Assembly: GCA_030390025.1 (NCBI GenBank)
Contig: CM059425.1
Span: 178,314,001-178,378,000, forward strand
Source of the DNA: Squalus acanthias
Lineage: Eukaryota
Length of the DNA stretch: 64,000 bases
Direction of reading: 5' to 3'
The position numbers and the translations under genes are program-made. The notes beneath the pieces are model-generated. The model was not told where the DNA came from, searched no databases, and saw only the letters and a program-made list of their open reading frames with translations. Numbering within the stretch: position 1 is the stretch's first letter; each line of letters begins with the position of its first letter. Below, piece after piece: positions 1 to 11,600 of the stretch.

Positions 1-110
1 GGGAACCTCACGGCAGGCTTAACAAGCCCAATCAACGAAAAATTGCTTGGTGGATGCGGGCTGGGACCGCAACACCGACCCCGGCTGCCTCGGTCGGCGA
101 AATCGCGACC
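1..110. mobile_element. Right end of a Harbinger-like MITE, cut by the window edge
   Basis: GC-rich, ends in a TIR-like ggcgaaatcgcgacc. Shares ggcttaacaag..caatcaa with the MITE end near 35230. Confidence 0.45.
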
Positions 111-114
111 TTTA

Positions 115-3100
115 TTTCTGTATTCTGTTGGACATTGGCTAACCGCCAATGATTTGTGACAACATACCATCTTCCTCCCAACCTTCTGGAGTTTCAGTTT
201 CTTGGTGGATTTGATGTATTTTCAGCAACTTTTTCTCTCTGGCAAGCAGGGACAAGAACTTTGTATTGTCACATCTGACAAATTAGCATGAACTTGCCTA
301 TTTGGTTCACCATCCCAAAATACTCATATTGCAGATCTTTGTTACTTTTACTTCCATTTTTTTCCCATCGGTCTTGAGTCTTTTCAATGTGACTTTGTGG
401 CTGCAATCGACTTCTTGTATTTTGAACGTGCATTTGTACATAGTCAGCTTCACATTGTCTTCTCTTGTTTTTCAAAGGTTGATTAGGTTTCTATTTGTTC
501 TTGCCCCAAATGAGGTATCTATAATACTTCCACTCCTTCAATGCCATCTAACATCTGTGACTTTACACATTGGAACATTTCTGGAGCTGAGATGATCCCA
601 AAGAGCAATCTGGTATATGCATATCTGCCACTATTAAATGTGCACAACTTTGACTAGTCTTCATCCAACTGTTCTTGCATCAAGTATGATTTTACCATTT
701 AATAGCCCTAACACTATTTCCTCTAAGGTTTGAACTTGATATTTTCTATGACTTTATTTAAATCTTTAGGGGGAAAAATTCAGTTGCTTGGTGCTAATGG
801 GGTGCAAAGCAACTAGCGCCCGGGCACGGTGATGTTTGCGCCGCTCGCGAAATTGACCAAACATTTTGCGGCGGCGTTAAACACTACTGCCACGATCTCC
901 TGCGCCCGCAGATCGTGACTTCAGTCGAGCGTTCAACGCCCAGTAGTGCCCTGGACTGGATATTGAGTGGTGTCCCCTGCCTTTCCGCCTGCCGCTACCA
1001 ACGACAGGTAGAGGGGAGCGTTTTGCAGTCGGGAAGGGACTGGTGGAGCGCTATTTAAAGGTGGCCGCTTCCTGTCTTTTTTTTGTCAGCGACATTTTTG
1101 TACCACGCATTCTGAGCGAGAGAGAGAGAGACTTCTGGAGAGATTGAACGCTGTGTGAAGGAGTTTTGGGTACTGAGCAGCACTTTGCAGGTTCAGTTTG
1201 ATTTGACCTTCCTTGCATCGATTTAGAAGAGACTATGGGGGCTGTTAACTCTGAGCTCTTACCCTGAGCATCTCCATTGTTCTTTCCAGCAGCTTTGATG
1301 TACAGGTCTCTCCAGGCCGAGATTCAAGGCTGCAATGAGCGGGGTGTGGATGGAGAGCAAGATCGACCCTCCCCTTTAAGAACTGGCCAGCGCCAGTGTG
1401 TCTGTGCTCCATTGCTGACTGACATCACATGAGCTTCGCCAGCGCTCTGAGGTAGCGCCTTGAGAAGTGTGTAGCGCCTGATTTAACACTCCAACCACCT
1501 CCACGGGCGATAGAAGCCAAGTTTGCAGTCGGAGGCGATAATTAGCACCAGGCGCTAAACTTTGCGCCCGGCCGATAATTGCACCCCAAACGGGGCGATA
1601 CTGAATTTCTCCATTAGGGTCTAAGCATAATCTCAGTTATTCACTGTTTGGCTTGACTGCTGCTGACTCACTCGCATCATTTATTTGTCTTCATTACACA
1701 GTTTCTTCTTTCTATCTAGCTCCTCACAATCTTTATCACAAAGTACAATTGCAACTTTCCTTGGTGGATGTGTGATTGGTTAAGCAGCTGGCTGTGGTCA
1801 TATGCTTTGCTTCCTGCTTTGCACCTCAACCCTTTACATACAGCAGCATACTTCTCTCACTTTTTGACATTTATTGTTAGTAACTGCATCGATTCTTTTA
1901 CCTAGTTCCAGCTGCTTGCATGCTCAAAATCCTAGGACTAACTGCATTCTTTGTTCCAGAATTTGGATGTATTAATATTCAAACAAATTGTTACGTTTTC
2001 TGAGCAATGTCGAGTATATCACCAACTTTGCACTGGACTTGCTAAATTTAGTATTTGGTTTCTTGTAAACTGACAGTGGCATGACATTACATTGAGCGCC
2101 TCTGTTTAGCTTAAAATGAACAGTTCCCCTGTTCAACTGTCCATTCAACGTCCTCTCGTGTTTGAGTTGAATTCATAAATAATTCATTCTCACTCTCATT
2201 TTCAGACTGCTTTTCCATTCTGTGAATTTTTTTATTCTTTGCTTGCCTGAAAATGCTCACGTGTGGGAGTACATTTTTTTTTTATATATAGCAATCCCAT
2301 CCCTGATACTGAAATGGATCTATTCAACTGCACACATAATGGCCTGGATTTTGCAGTAAAAATTAGTGAGGCGATCAGTGCTCACCGTTATTAAGGAGTA
2401 AATTGGACAACAACTTCCGGCAACATACGCAGTTAAAAGCAGAAATCAGGAAGTTGCTGTCCAAGTTGCCCTGCTCCTTCAGAAGCTGCACTATAACAGT
2501 ATCTTGTCCAGTGACTCGGCTTTGGCTTTGCAGACTTTATGAAAATAGTTTTGTTTGTTACACTGTATACACATTTGGGCATACTTTAGACATTTATTCC
2601 TCTTGTATGACATACATCAATAGTTACAATCCATGATCTGTTTTTTAGCTAGACATTTTCTTCCATTGTGTGAACTAGCTTCTCTACTCCACTCGCATTA
2701 CCTATAGCACTGATAGCTGAGATTGCATAGGTGTTCCAGCTGCTTCTGCTCTGAAAATAGCAGTTGCTTTTGGTAGGTCTAGACTCACTTCTCAGTGATC
2801 ACATCAGAGGCAGATTACCATTATACTGATTGCAGTTCTGTCTGGGGCTGTCTGCGAGAGATCCGTAGTCTCCAGCTTTGGCCTTTTGTTCGCAAAATCT
2901 ATTGCAAATATTGATCAGTGCTTTCTCTTTGCACTTGAAATTGGGTACTAAACATCTGTTTGGTAAATAATTTTCTGTGGTATGAAATATTCCTGAAATG
3001 TTTCTACTAATATCTTCAGTTTCCATTTACATTCTATGTCATCATACATAAACATATTATGCACCTCTGTCTCTTCCTCACCTATCAATTGCAGTAAAAT

Positions 3101-3240
3101 ACTGGCCTTCACTTTGTTTTTGTCTTCTAGGCTTGTTGATGTTGCATAGAGTTCAAAATTCTGTTTCCATTTTCTTCATGCTTCCATAACCTTTCTTCTG
3201 GTCTGAAATGATGAGTGCTTTTAAGCCTTCCATTTCCATC
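115..3240 (-). mobile_element. Decayed Gypsy/Ty3 LTR-retrotransposon internal region (gag-PR-RT-INT remnants), interrupted by MITEs
   Basis: Minus-strand motifs in order: gag-like WKQNFELY..KASILLQLIGEE (~3070-3180), CCHC knuckle CIQCNKQNYFHKVC (~2530-2575), protease FKLNRGAQCNVMP (~2080-2118), HPPRKVAI (~1750), RT CTFNSGRYAYTRLLFGIISAPEMFQ (~570-645), integrase zinc-finger-like segment (~170-260). Many stops and frameshifts. Confidence 0.75.
770..1614. mobile_element. Harbinger-like MITE
   Basis: Imperfect TIRs ggggaaaaattcag / ctgaatttctccat, TAG on both flanks, GC-rich subterminal repeats. Inserted in the Gypsy remnant. Confidence 0.65.
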
Positions 3241-3413
3241 CGGTTGTAATACCACATAATGGTTTGTAGCCTCTTAACAATAACAGTTGACGCACTGCAC
3301 CATGGCTTGCGCTTTATTCCACATGTTCGCTCACATGTGGGAGTACATTTTTTTTTTTAAACAGCAATCCCATCCCTGACATTTAAATGGATCTATTCAA
3401 CTGCATACATAAT

Positions 3414-4152
3414 GGCCTCAATTTTGCGGTAAAAAATAACAGTGAGGCGATCAAAACTCACCGTTATTAAAGTGTTAATCGGACAGCGACCACACATGCG
3501 CAGTTAAACGCAGAAATCAGGAAGTTGCTGTCCGAGTTGCCCTGCTCCTTCAGAAGCTGCGCTATACCGTTCTCTCGCCGAGTGACCCGGCATTGAATCA
3601 CATGGAAGGGCATGAAGTTGCGGTACTTACATGATAGCTACCCACTGAACATGCCAGAAAAAGCTAGGGCTTGACCATTCCAGTGTAAGTACATTTTTAA
3701 TGCCGTGATGCGCCTTAATTACTGCCAAACAAGTCTCTGGCCCTGAAAATTAACTTTTACAAGTGTGGAGTCTCATTTCTTCCTTCAGACTTTAATTATT
3801 GTTGGAGATTAAAAAAAAAAATTAAGTTTCTTTTATCTTTCTTAATCCCATCGTTCTTTCTTTCTCTCTTTATTTCACTTTTTCTGTACATGATTTGGCA
3901 TTGAATTAACTATTCTAACTTGCACTTCCTGACTTCAGTCTATGCGTGCCTCAGTAAGAATTCTTCAATCTGATTGGTTAAAGAGATGCCCTGTTCACAC
4001 AGGTCTCAGATCCCATGTAGATGGCGCTGCACTGAAATGGATTACTAATCACCGTGAGTACCAGTATAAAATCCATAGAAAATCTGTGGGCAAGTGCAAA
4101 TGTAATGAACGGCTGGTGCCATTCGTTCACCGATGACTACAAAATCCAGCCC
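3414..4152. mobile_element. Harbinger-like MITE (its left end is duplicated at 2341-2520)
   Basis: TIRs ggcctcaatttt / aaaatccagccc of the GGGCNNRATTTT type. TSD not preserved. Confidence 0.6.
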
Positions 4153-4419
4153 GTCATTACAGTTTCAGTACAGAGAAGGGCGGTGAGGCTGATCCCTAAT
4201 GTCAGACGACTGAGTTATGAAGAAAGGTTATTAAAAAATTTCCTCCTTTCAAGGCTGAAGCTGTTACTGAATGGAATAGAAAAGGTTAACCTGAAGCACT
4301 AGTTCAAACTACAATTAGCGGACAAATTCAGGAAGCACTTCACACACAATGATTAACACCTGGAATGGTCTTTTAGATAGGATAGTGGAGGCAAAATCTC
4401 TGGGATAAATAATAGATGT

Positions 4420-5867
4420 TTATAGCACAGAAGGAGGCCAGTTGGCCTATCCTGTTTGGGCTTGCTTTTTACTAGAGCAATCAAAACTAAATCACACTGC
4501 TCTGCGCTCTCCCGTAGCCTTGTATCTTCCTCTGCTTCAAATATTTATCCTGTTTGCCCATAAAATATGCAGTGGTCTCTGCCTCTGTGGGGAAATATTT
4601 CGTACTCCCTCTGTATAAAGACATTTCTCCTAACCTCTCTCCCCACTCCATGACACTTTTAAATTGATGACCCCCTCCTCACTGACTCCCCAATTAGTGG
4701 AAATGGTCTTTTCCTATTTACTATTATCAAAACCCTTCATAATTAAAAAAAAAACTCTACTAAATCTCCACTTGGCCTTCTCCACTCCAATGGAAATAGT
4801 CCCATTATGTCAAGTTTCTCCTCATAACTTTCATCCCTGACATCTTCCTGGTCAGTGTACGCTTTGTATGGCTTCAATGTTCTTTCTTTAATAGGACACC
4901 CAAAACTACATACACACTCTAAATGTGGTCTAACCATTGCATAGTACAACTTTATCATTGCTACTTTACTCTTGTACTGTATATCCCTATTTATAAAACC
5001 CTTTTAAGGCTTTATTTATCTGCACTTGAGTATTATGGGGATCATGTGTTTGAACCTGTGTGTGTTTCTGTTCATCCACACCCTTCAATGTCTTTCCATT
5101 GAGTGTATCCTCCCATTCCTTATTTTTTGTCCCAAAATGTATTAAGTTTCATTTTTCCACATTAAATTGTATTTGCCACCTGTCTGCTCATTCCACTAAC
5201 CTGTCTTTGTTTTCCTGAAGTCTTTTATGGTCCTCCTTGATTTTTGCCAAACGCCCTACTTTTGTGTCATCAGCAGTAAGCCCTCGGGCACATCACTTCT
5301 TACCCTTCTCCAATTCTAGCAACCTCTATTTATTTACCTTACTTTTTTGTTACCTGTCAGTCAGCCAACTTTCTATCTATGCTGTTCTATTTCATCCTAT
5401 GCCATATATCTGAATTTTTGTAAACCGCTTGATGTAATACACCTTATCAAACACCTTCTAAAAATACATATAGACACCAACAGCATTCCCTTAATCTATC
5501 CAATCAGTCACTTCTTCAAAAAATAATACTGGGGGGAATTTTAACCCCAAAGAACGGGTGGGTTGGGGTCATGCGGGAGGTTAAAGTGTTAAAAAACTGA
5601 ATCCTGACCCCAACCCACCACTTCCAGTTTTAACGGAGGTGGGACGGGGGCCAGGCAGCTAACCTGCTCCCAGGAGGCAGGTTGCCCATTTAAATATTAT
5701 AATAAGGCTGGTGTGCCTCCGATTTAACCAGCATTTCAAATTTAACTGTGGCTGGTTGGGTTTCGCAGGCCTCTGGGATCTCCCTGCGATCGGAGACCCC
5801 CCACGAGGCCTCCGATCGCCCGCCCCCCCCCCCCCCTGCAAAACCATCTCCGGCCCCGATTGATGCT

Positions 5868-5899
<32 letters not shown>

Positions 5900-7140
5900 C
5901 CTCCGATGCACCAGCCCCGATCGTTGTTTCCCTCCTCTCTGTGGCCTAGTGCCGCAGGCTTACCCATCTGGCTGGCTGCGGGTGGGAAACAGACCTTTGA
6001 AATGCAAATCAGGCCCTGTTGTTAAATTCAGCAGGGCCTGTGGGAAACCCGTTCTCCTGGGTTTCTCGACCACTTCCTAGCCCCCCCCCCCCCACTCCCA
6101 ACCCGCCTCACGATTAAAATTGCGACTATTAAGTGTGTCACAAACACAACTTGCCTTTGAAAATGCGTGCTGGCTGTCCTTGTTTAATCAGTGCAATTCT
6201 AAATGCTCACCAATTTTATCTTAAATTATCAATTCCAAGAAATGGAAGATTAGAATGATGAAAAAGGGAATATAAAAAAAAGACTTGCAGATAATATGAA
6301 AGGAAATATTAAGAGCCCACAGCAGACCTAACTGGTCTATAGATGCCTGGTTAATCCTTCTCTCCCTTCTTGAACAAGGGTTACATTGGCTACTCTGCAG
6401 GCCCACAGCATATTTCCATATTTAAGGAAGATTAAAAAATTCTGGCCAGAGCATTTTCTATCTCCTGTCTGACATTTTTCAAGATGACGTATCCTATCTT
6501 GAGTTCTGCTAATGTTCTACAGTTACCTCTAATAATTGTTTTATATTCTCATCTGCTACCCCTATATTCTCACTTCCACCATTTGTGCAAATCAATCCAA
6601 AATATGTACTTAATGTCTCCGCCATACAATTCGATTCCCTTGTTCATCCCTGAGTGTTCCTACCCTCTCTAACTATTCTTCCACTTATATGCTATAAAAG
6701 CTGTTGCTATTTCCATTCATATCATCTAGTCTTTTTTTAAATAATCTCCCTTTTCACCTCCCCATTTTTCCTTATAATTACCTTTTAATATTGTTGGGCC
6801 TAAATTTATTATATACCAGTTAAGTTTGTTTAGTTTTAATCTCTCTTTATCCACAGAATTCTATTCTTCTGACCAATTTTTCACTTTTTAGAAATATATT
6901 CATTTTGTTCTCTATGCAACTCATACTTGAATATTTCCTACTGCTGATCTGTCGACCTGTTAACTGTTCTGCCCAGTTAATTTGGGGTGGATTTCTTAGC
7001 TGACTGAACTTTGCCATTTTCCATTCCAGCACATTATCTTTGACTTTTCTTCATCCTTTTTTGTTTTTACATTAAATCTAACTATGTTGTGGTAGCTATT
7101 TCCCAATTGTTCTCCTACTTTCTTATCAGGTATTTGCTGC
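4420..7140 (-). mobile_element. Decayed CR1 LINE ORF2 and 3' end, split by a MITE
   Basis: Minus-strand MVRPHLE (4743-4958 ORF) and FEEVTD..KVFDK (~5440-5520). CR1 tail near 4420. Confidence 0.75.
5531..6127. mobile_element. Harbinger-like MITE with internal (CT)n and poly-C
   Basis: TIRs ggggggaattttaa / ttaaaattgcgact, flanks act/att, subterminal gggtgggttggg / cccaacccgcc repeats. Confidence 0.6.
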
Positions 7141-7729
7141 ATTCAGTCAACAAGTAGGTAGATACTATGATGGTTTCCCCATAAGTTTCTATGGAGGGTT
7201 GAGCTAGATGGAAAGATTGTGTTCGAACTCATCTGTACCTTGTGCTCTCCTGTAATTCCTCACACATTCTGGAATATCTCTGGCGCCAGTTCCATATTGG
7301 TTTAAAACGTAAATCTATTTTCATTCATGTTTTAGTGATTTCAGTGTTTTAAGATCCATCTCTGTTTTGATCACCAAGGGATCACGATTTTTGTAAGCTA
7401 TTTGGACGTTGTGCTTAGTTAGTGCAAGGAGGTAAGTAGCACGAGTCCAGTTCTACGGAATACTGCTTCTACAGAGTACTAAACTCGGGAATTTGGTGAG
7501 TGAGGGAATTCGATGAGGTGGGGGTAAGAGGTGCTGCTTGATACATTTAAAAAAAAAATAAACAACTAGGGTTAAATTAGGAGTGTGGGCTAAGTTACAG
7601 CAAATACCTAAAGCATGTAACTAAATTTAATAAATTAAACAGGGTTATTACCTAGATTAAAAACTATTAATAGACAATTGAGTATGTCAAAACTTGAAAA
7701 CTTAATTAGTTAAATAAATTACAATAGAG

Positions 7730-8654
7730 ATGGCCGGGCAGGTGATGTGTTGCAGCTCTAGCATGTGGGGGCTGGTGGACCCCAGTGTGATCCACAGCAA
7801 CTGCAGCTCGAGGAACTTCGGCTCAAAGTTGATGAGCTGGAGTCCGAGCTTCGGACACTGCGATGCATCAGGGAGTGGGAGGGTTACCTGGACACTTTGT
7901 TCCAGCAGGCAGTCACACCCTTTAGGTTAAATACTTCTGATTTGGTCCGTGGTCAGGGACAGGAGGGTGTGACTACGAGTGAGGCAGTTATGGGGATCCA
8001 GAAGGTAGCATTGGAGAAGCCTCAGCCCTTGCACTTTTCCAACAGGTATGAGGTTCTTGCAGCCTGTGTGGACGAGAGCAGGGATTGCAGGGAGGATGAG
8101 CAAACTGACCACAGCACCGTGGTACAGGGGGCCAATAAAGTTGGGGGAGTAAAAAGGAATGTAGTAGTGGTAGGGGACACTATAGTTAGGGGGATAGATA
8201 CTGTTCTCTGCAGCCGAGAGCGTGAGTCCCGAAGGTTGCCAGGGTTAAGGACATCTCCTCGGGGCTGGAGAGGAACTTGGAGTGGGAGGAGAAGGATCCA
8301 GTTGTCGTGGTCCACGTAGGTACCAACGACATAGTTAGGACTAAGAAAGAGGTTCTGCTGAGGGAGTATGAGCAGCTAGGGGCTAAATTATAAAGTAGAA
8401 CCACAAAGGTAACAATCTCTGGATTACTACCTGAGCCACGAGTAAATTGGCACAGGGTCAATAAGATCAGAGAGTTGAATGCGTGGTTCAAGGATTGGTG
8501 TGGGAGAAATGGGTTTCGATTCATGGGGCACTGGTACCACTACTGGAGGGGGAAAAAGGAGCTGTTCCGTTGGGACGGACTTCACTTGAACCGTGCTGGG
8601 ACCAGTGTCCTGGTGAATCGAATAACTAGGGCTGTAGGTAGGGCTTTAAACTAA
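7730..8654 (+). pseudogene. CR1 ORF1: zinc-finger/leucine zipper plus SGNH esterase-like domain, frameshifted
   Basis: MAGQVMCCSSSMW, coiled coil LEELRLKVDELESELRTL, esterase blocks VVVVGDTIVRG, VVVHVGTND and DGLHLN. Confidence 0.85.
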
Positions 8655-8823
8655 ATAGTGTGGGGTGGGGGTGGGGGGGGGGGGGAACTTAGAAAGTTAA
8701 AGAGAAAGGACAAGGCAATAGTGCAGGGTAGCAGTAGGGGTTATGATGACCAGAGTGTGACGGGAAGGGTCAGAGTGTACAAGCATAAGAGTGCACCAGC
8801 AAATTGGGACAGAGTAGGGAAAA

Positions 8824-11600
8824 ATGGTTAAAAAGACAAAATTAAAGGCTCTTTATCTGAATGCACGCAGCATTCGTAACAAGATAGATGAATTGACGTC
8901 ACAAATAGAAATAAATGGGTATGATCTGATAGTCATTACAGAGACGTGGCTGCAAGGTGACCAAAGCTGGGAACTGAATATTCAGGGGTATTTGACATTT
9001 TGGAAGGATAGGCAGAAAGGAAAAGAAGGTGGGGTAGCTCTGTTAATAAAGGATGAGATCAATACAGTAGTGAGAAATGATCTTGGCTCGGAAGATCAAG
9101 ATGTAAAATCAGTTTGGGTGGAGATAAGAAATAATAAGGGAAAGAAGTTACTGGTGGGAGTAGTCTATAGGCCCCCTAACAGTAGCTACACTGTAGGACA
9201 GAGTATAAATCAAGAAATAATGGGGGCTTGTAAGAAAGGTACTGCAACAATCGTGGGCAATTTTAATCTTCATATAGATTGGACAAATCAAATTGGCAAA
9301 GGTAGCCTTGAGGATGAGTTCATAGAATGTATTCAGGACAGTTTCTTAGAACAATACATTGTGGAACCAACCAGGGAACAGGCTATTTTAGATCTGGTAA
9401 TGAGACAGGATTAATTAATGATCTCATAGTAAAGGATCCTCTCTGGAAAGCGTGATCATAACATGATAGAGTTTCACATTCAGTTTGAGGGTGAGAAACT
9501 TGGGTCTGAAACTAATGTCTTAAACTTAAGTAAAGGCAATTACAAGGGTATGAAGACAGAGTTGGCTAAAGTGGACTGGGAAAATAGATTAAAAGGTAAG
9601 AAGGTAGATAAGCAGTGGCATACTTTTAAGGAGATATTTCATAACTCTTAACAAAGATATATTCCAGTGAGAAAGAAAGACTCTACGAGAAGGATGAACC
9701 ATCCGTGGCTAACTAAGGAAGTTAAGGAAGGAATCAAATTGAAAGAAAAGGCATACAATGTTGCGAAGATTAGTGGTAGGCCAGAAGATTGGGAATTTTT
9801 TAGAAACTTGCAAAGGATGACAAAAAAAAATAGAGGAAGAAAATAGATTGAGAGTAAACTAGCAAGAAATATAAAAACAGACAGTAAGAGTTTCTATAAG
9901 TATATAAAAAGGAAGAGAGTAGCTGAAGTAAACATTGGTCCCTTGGAGGATGAGACTGGGGAATTAATAATGGGAAACAAGGAAATGGCAGAGACTTTGA
10001 ACAAATATTTTGTATCTGTCTTCACGGTAGAAGACACTAAAAGCATCCCAATAATAGTGGAAAATCAAGGGGCAAAAGGGAAGGAGGAACTTAAAACAAT
10101 TTCTATCACTAGAGAAAAAGTACCAGGCAAACTAATGGGACTAAAAGCTGACAAGTCCCCTGGACCTGATGGCCTGCATCCTAGGGTCTTAAAAGAAGTG
10201 GCTGCAGAGATAGTGGATATTGGCTGTAATCTTCCAAAATTCCCTAGACTCTAGAAAGGTCCCAGCGGATTGGAAAACCGCAAATGTAACGCCCATGTTC
10301 AAGAAAGGAGGTAGACAGAAAGCAGGAAACTATAGGCCAATTAGCCTAACATCTGTCATTGGGGAAATGCTGGAATCCATTATTAAGGAATTAGTAGCAG
10401 GACATTTAGAAAATCATAATACAATCAAGCAGAGTCAACATGGTTTTATGAAAGGGAAATAGTGTTTGACAAATTTACTAGAGTTCTTTGAGGATGTAAC
10501 GTGCAGGGTGGATAAAGGGGAACCAGTAGATGTAGTGTATTTTGATTTCCAAAAGGTATTCGATAAGGTGCCACATAAAAGGTTAGTGCACAAGCTAAGA
10601 GCTCATGGTGTTGGGGGTAATATATTAGCATGGATAGAGGATTGGCTAGCTAACAGAAAACAGAGAGTCAGGATAAATGGGTAATTTTCAGGTTGGCAAA
10701 CTGTAACTAATGGGGTGCCACAGGGATCAGTGCTGGGGCCTCAACTATTTACAATCTATATTAATGACTTGGATGAAGGGACCGAATATACTGTAGCTAA
10801 ATTTGCTGACGATACAAAGATAGGTGGGAAAGCAAGTTGTGAGGAGGACACAGAGTCTGCGAAGGGATATAGATAGGTTAAGTGAGTGGTCAAAAATTTG
10901 GCAGATGGAGTATAATGTGGGAAAATGTGAGGTTATCCACTTTGGTAGAAAAAATAGAAAAGCAAAATATTATTTAAATGGAGAGCGACTACAGAATGCT
11001 GCGGTACAGAGGGATCTGGGTGTCCTCGTACATGAAACACAAAAAGTTAGCATGCAGGTACAGCAAGTAATTAGGAAGGCAAATGGAATGCTGGCCTTTA
11101 TTGCAAAGGGAATGGAGTATAAAAGTAGAGAAGTCTTGCTACAACTACAGGGTGTTGGTGAGACCACACCTAGAGTACTGCGTACAGTTTTGGTCTCCTT
11201 ATTCAAGGAGGGATATACTTGCATTGGAGGCATTTCAGAGAAGGTTCACTAGGCTGATTCCTGAGATGAAGGGGTTGTCTTATGAGGAAAAGTTGGGCCT
11301 ATACTCTTTGGAGTTTAGAAGAATGAGAGGTGATCTTATTGAAACATATAAGATTCTGAGGGGGCTTGACAGGGTAGATGCTGAGAGAATGTTTCCCCTC
11401 GCGGGGGAATCTAGAACTAGGCATAGTTTCAGAATAAGGGGTCACCCATTTAAGACAGAGATGAGGAGGAATTTCTTCTCTGAGGGTCGTGATTCTTTGG
11501 AATTCTCTACCCCAGAGAGCTGTGGAGGCTGAGTATATTCAAGGCTGAGATAGACAGATTTTTGAACTACAGGGGAGTCCACGGTTATGGGGAACAGGCA
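8824..11600 (+). pseudogene. CR1 ORF2: APE endonuclease plus reverse transcriptase, frameshifted
   Basis: [73 protein letters not shown]. Confidence 0.92.
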
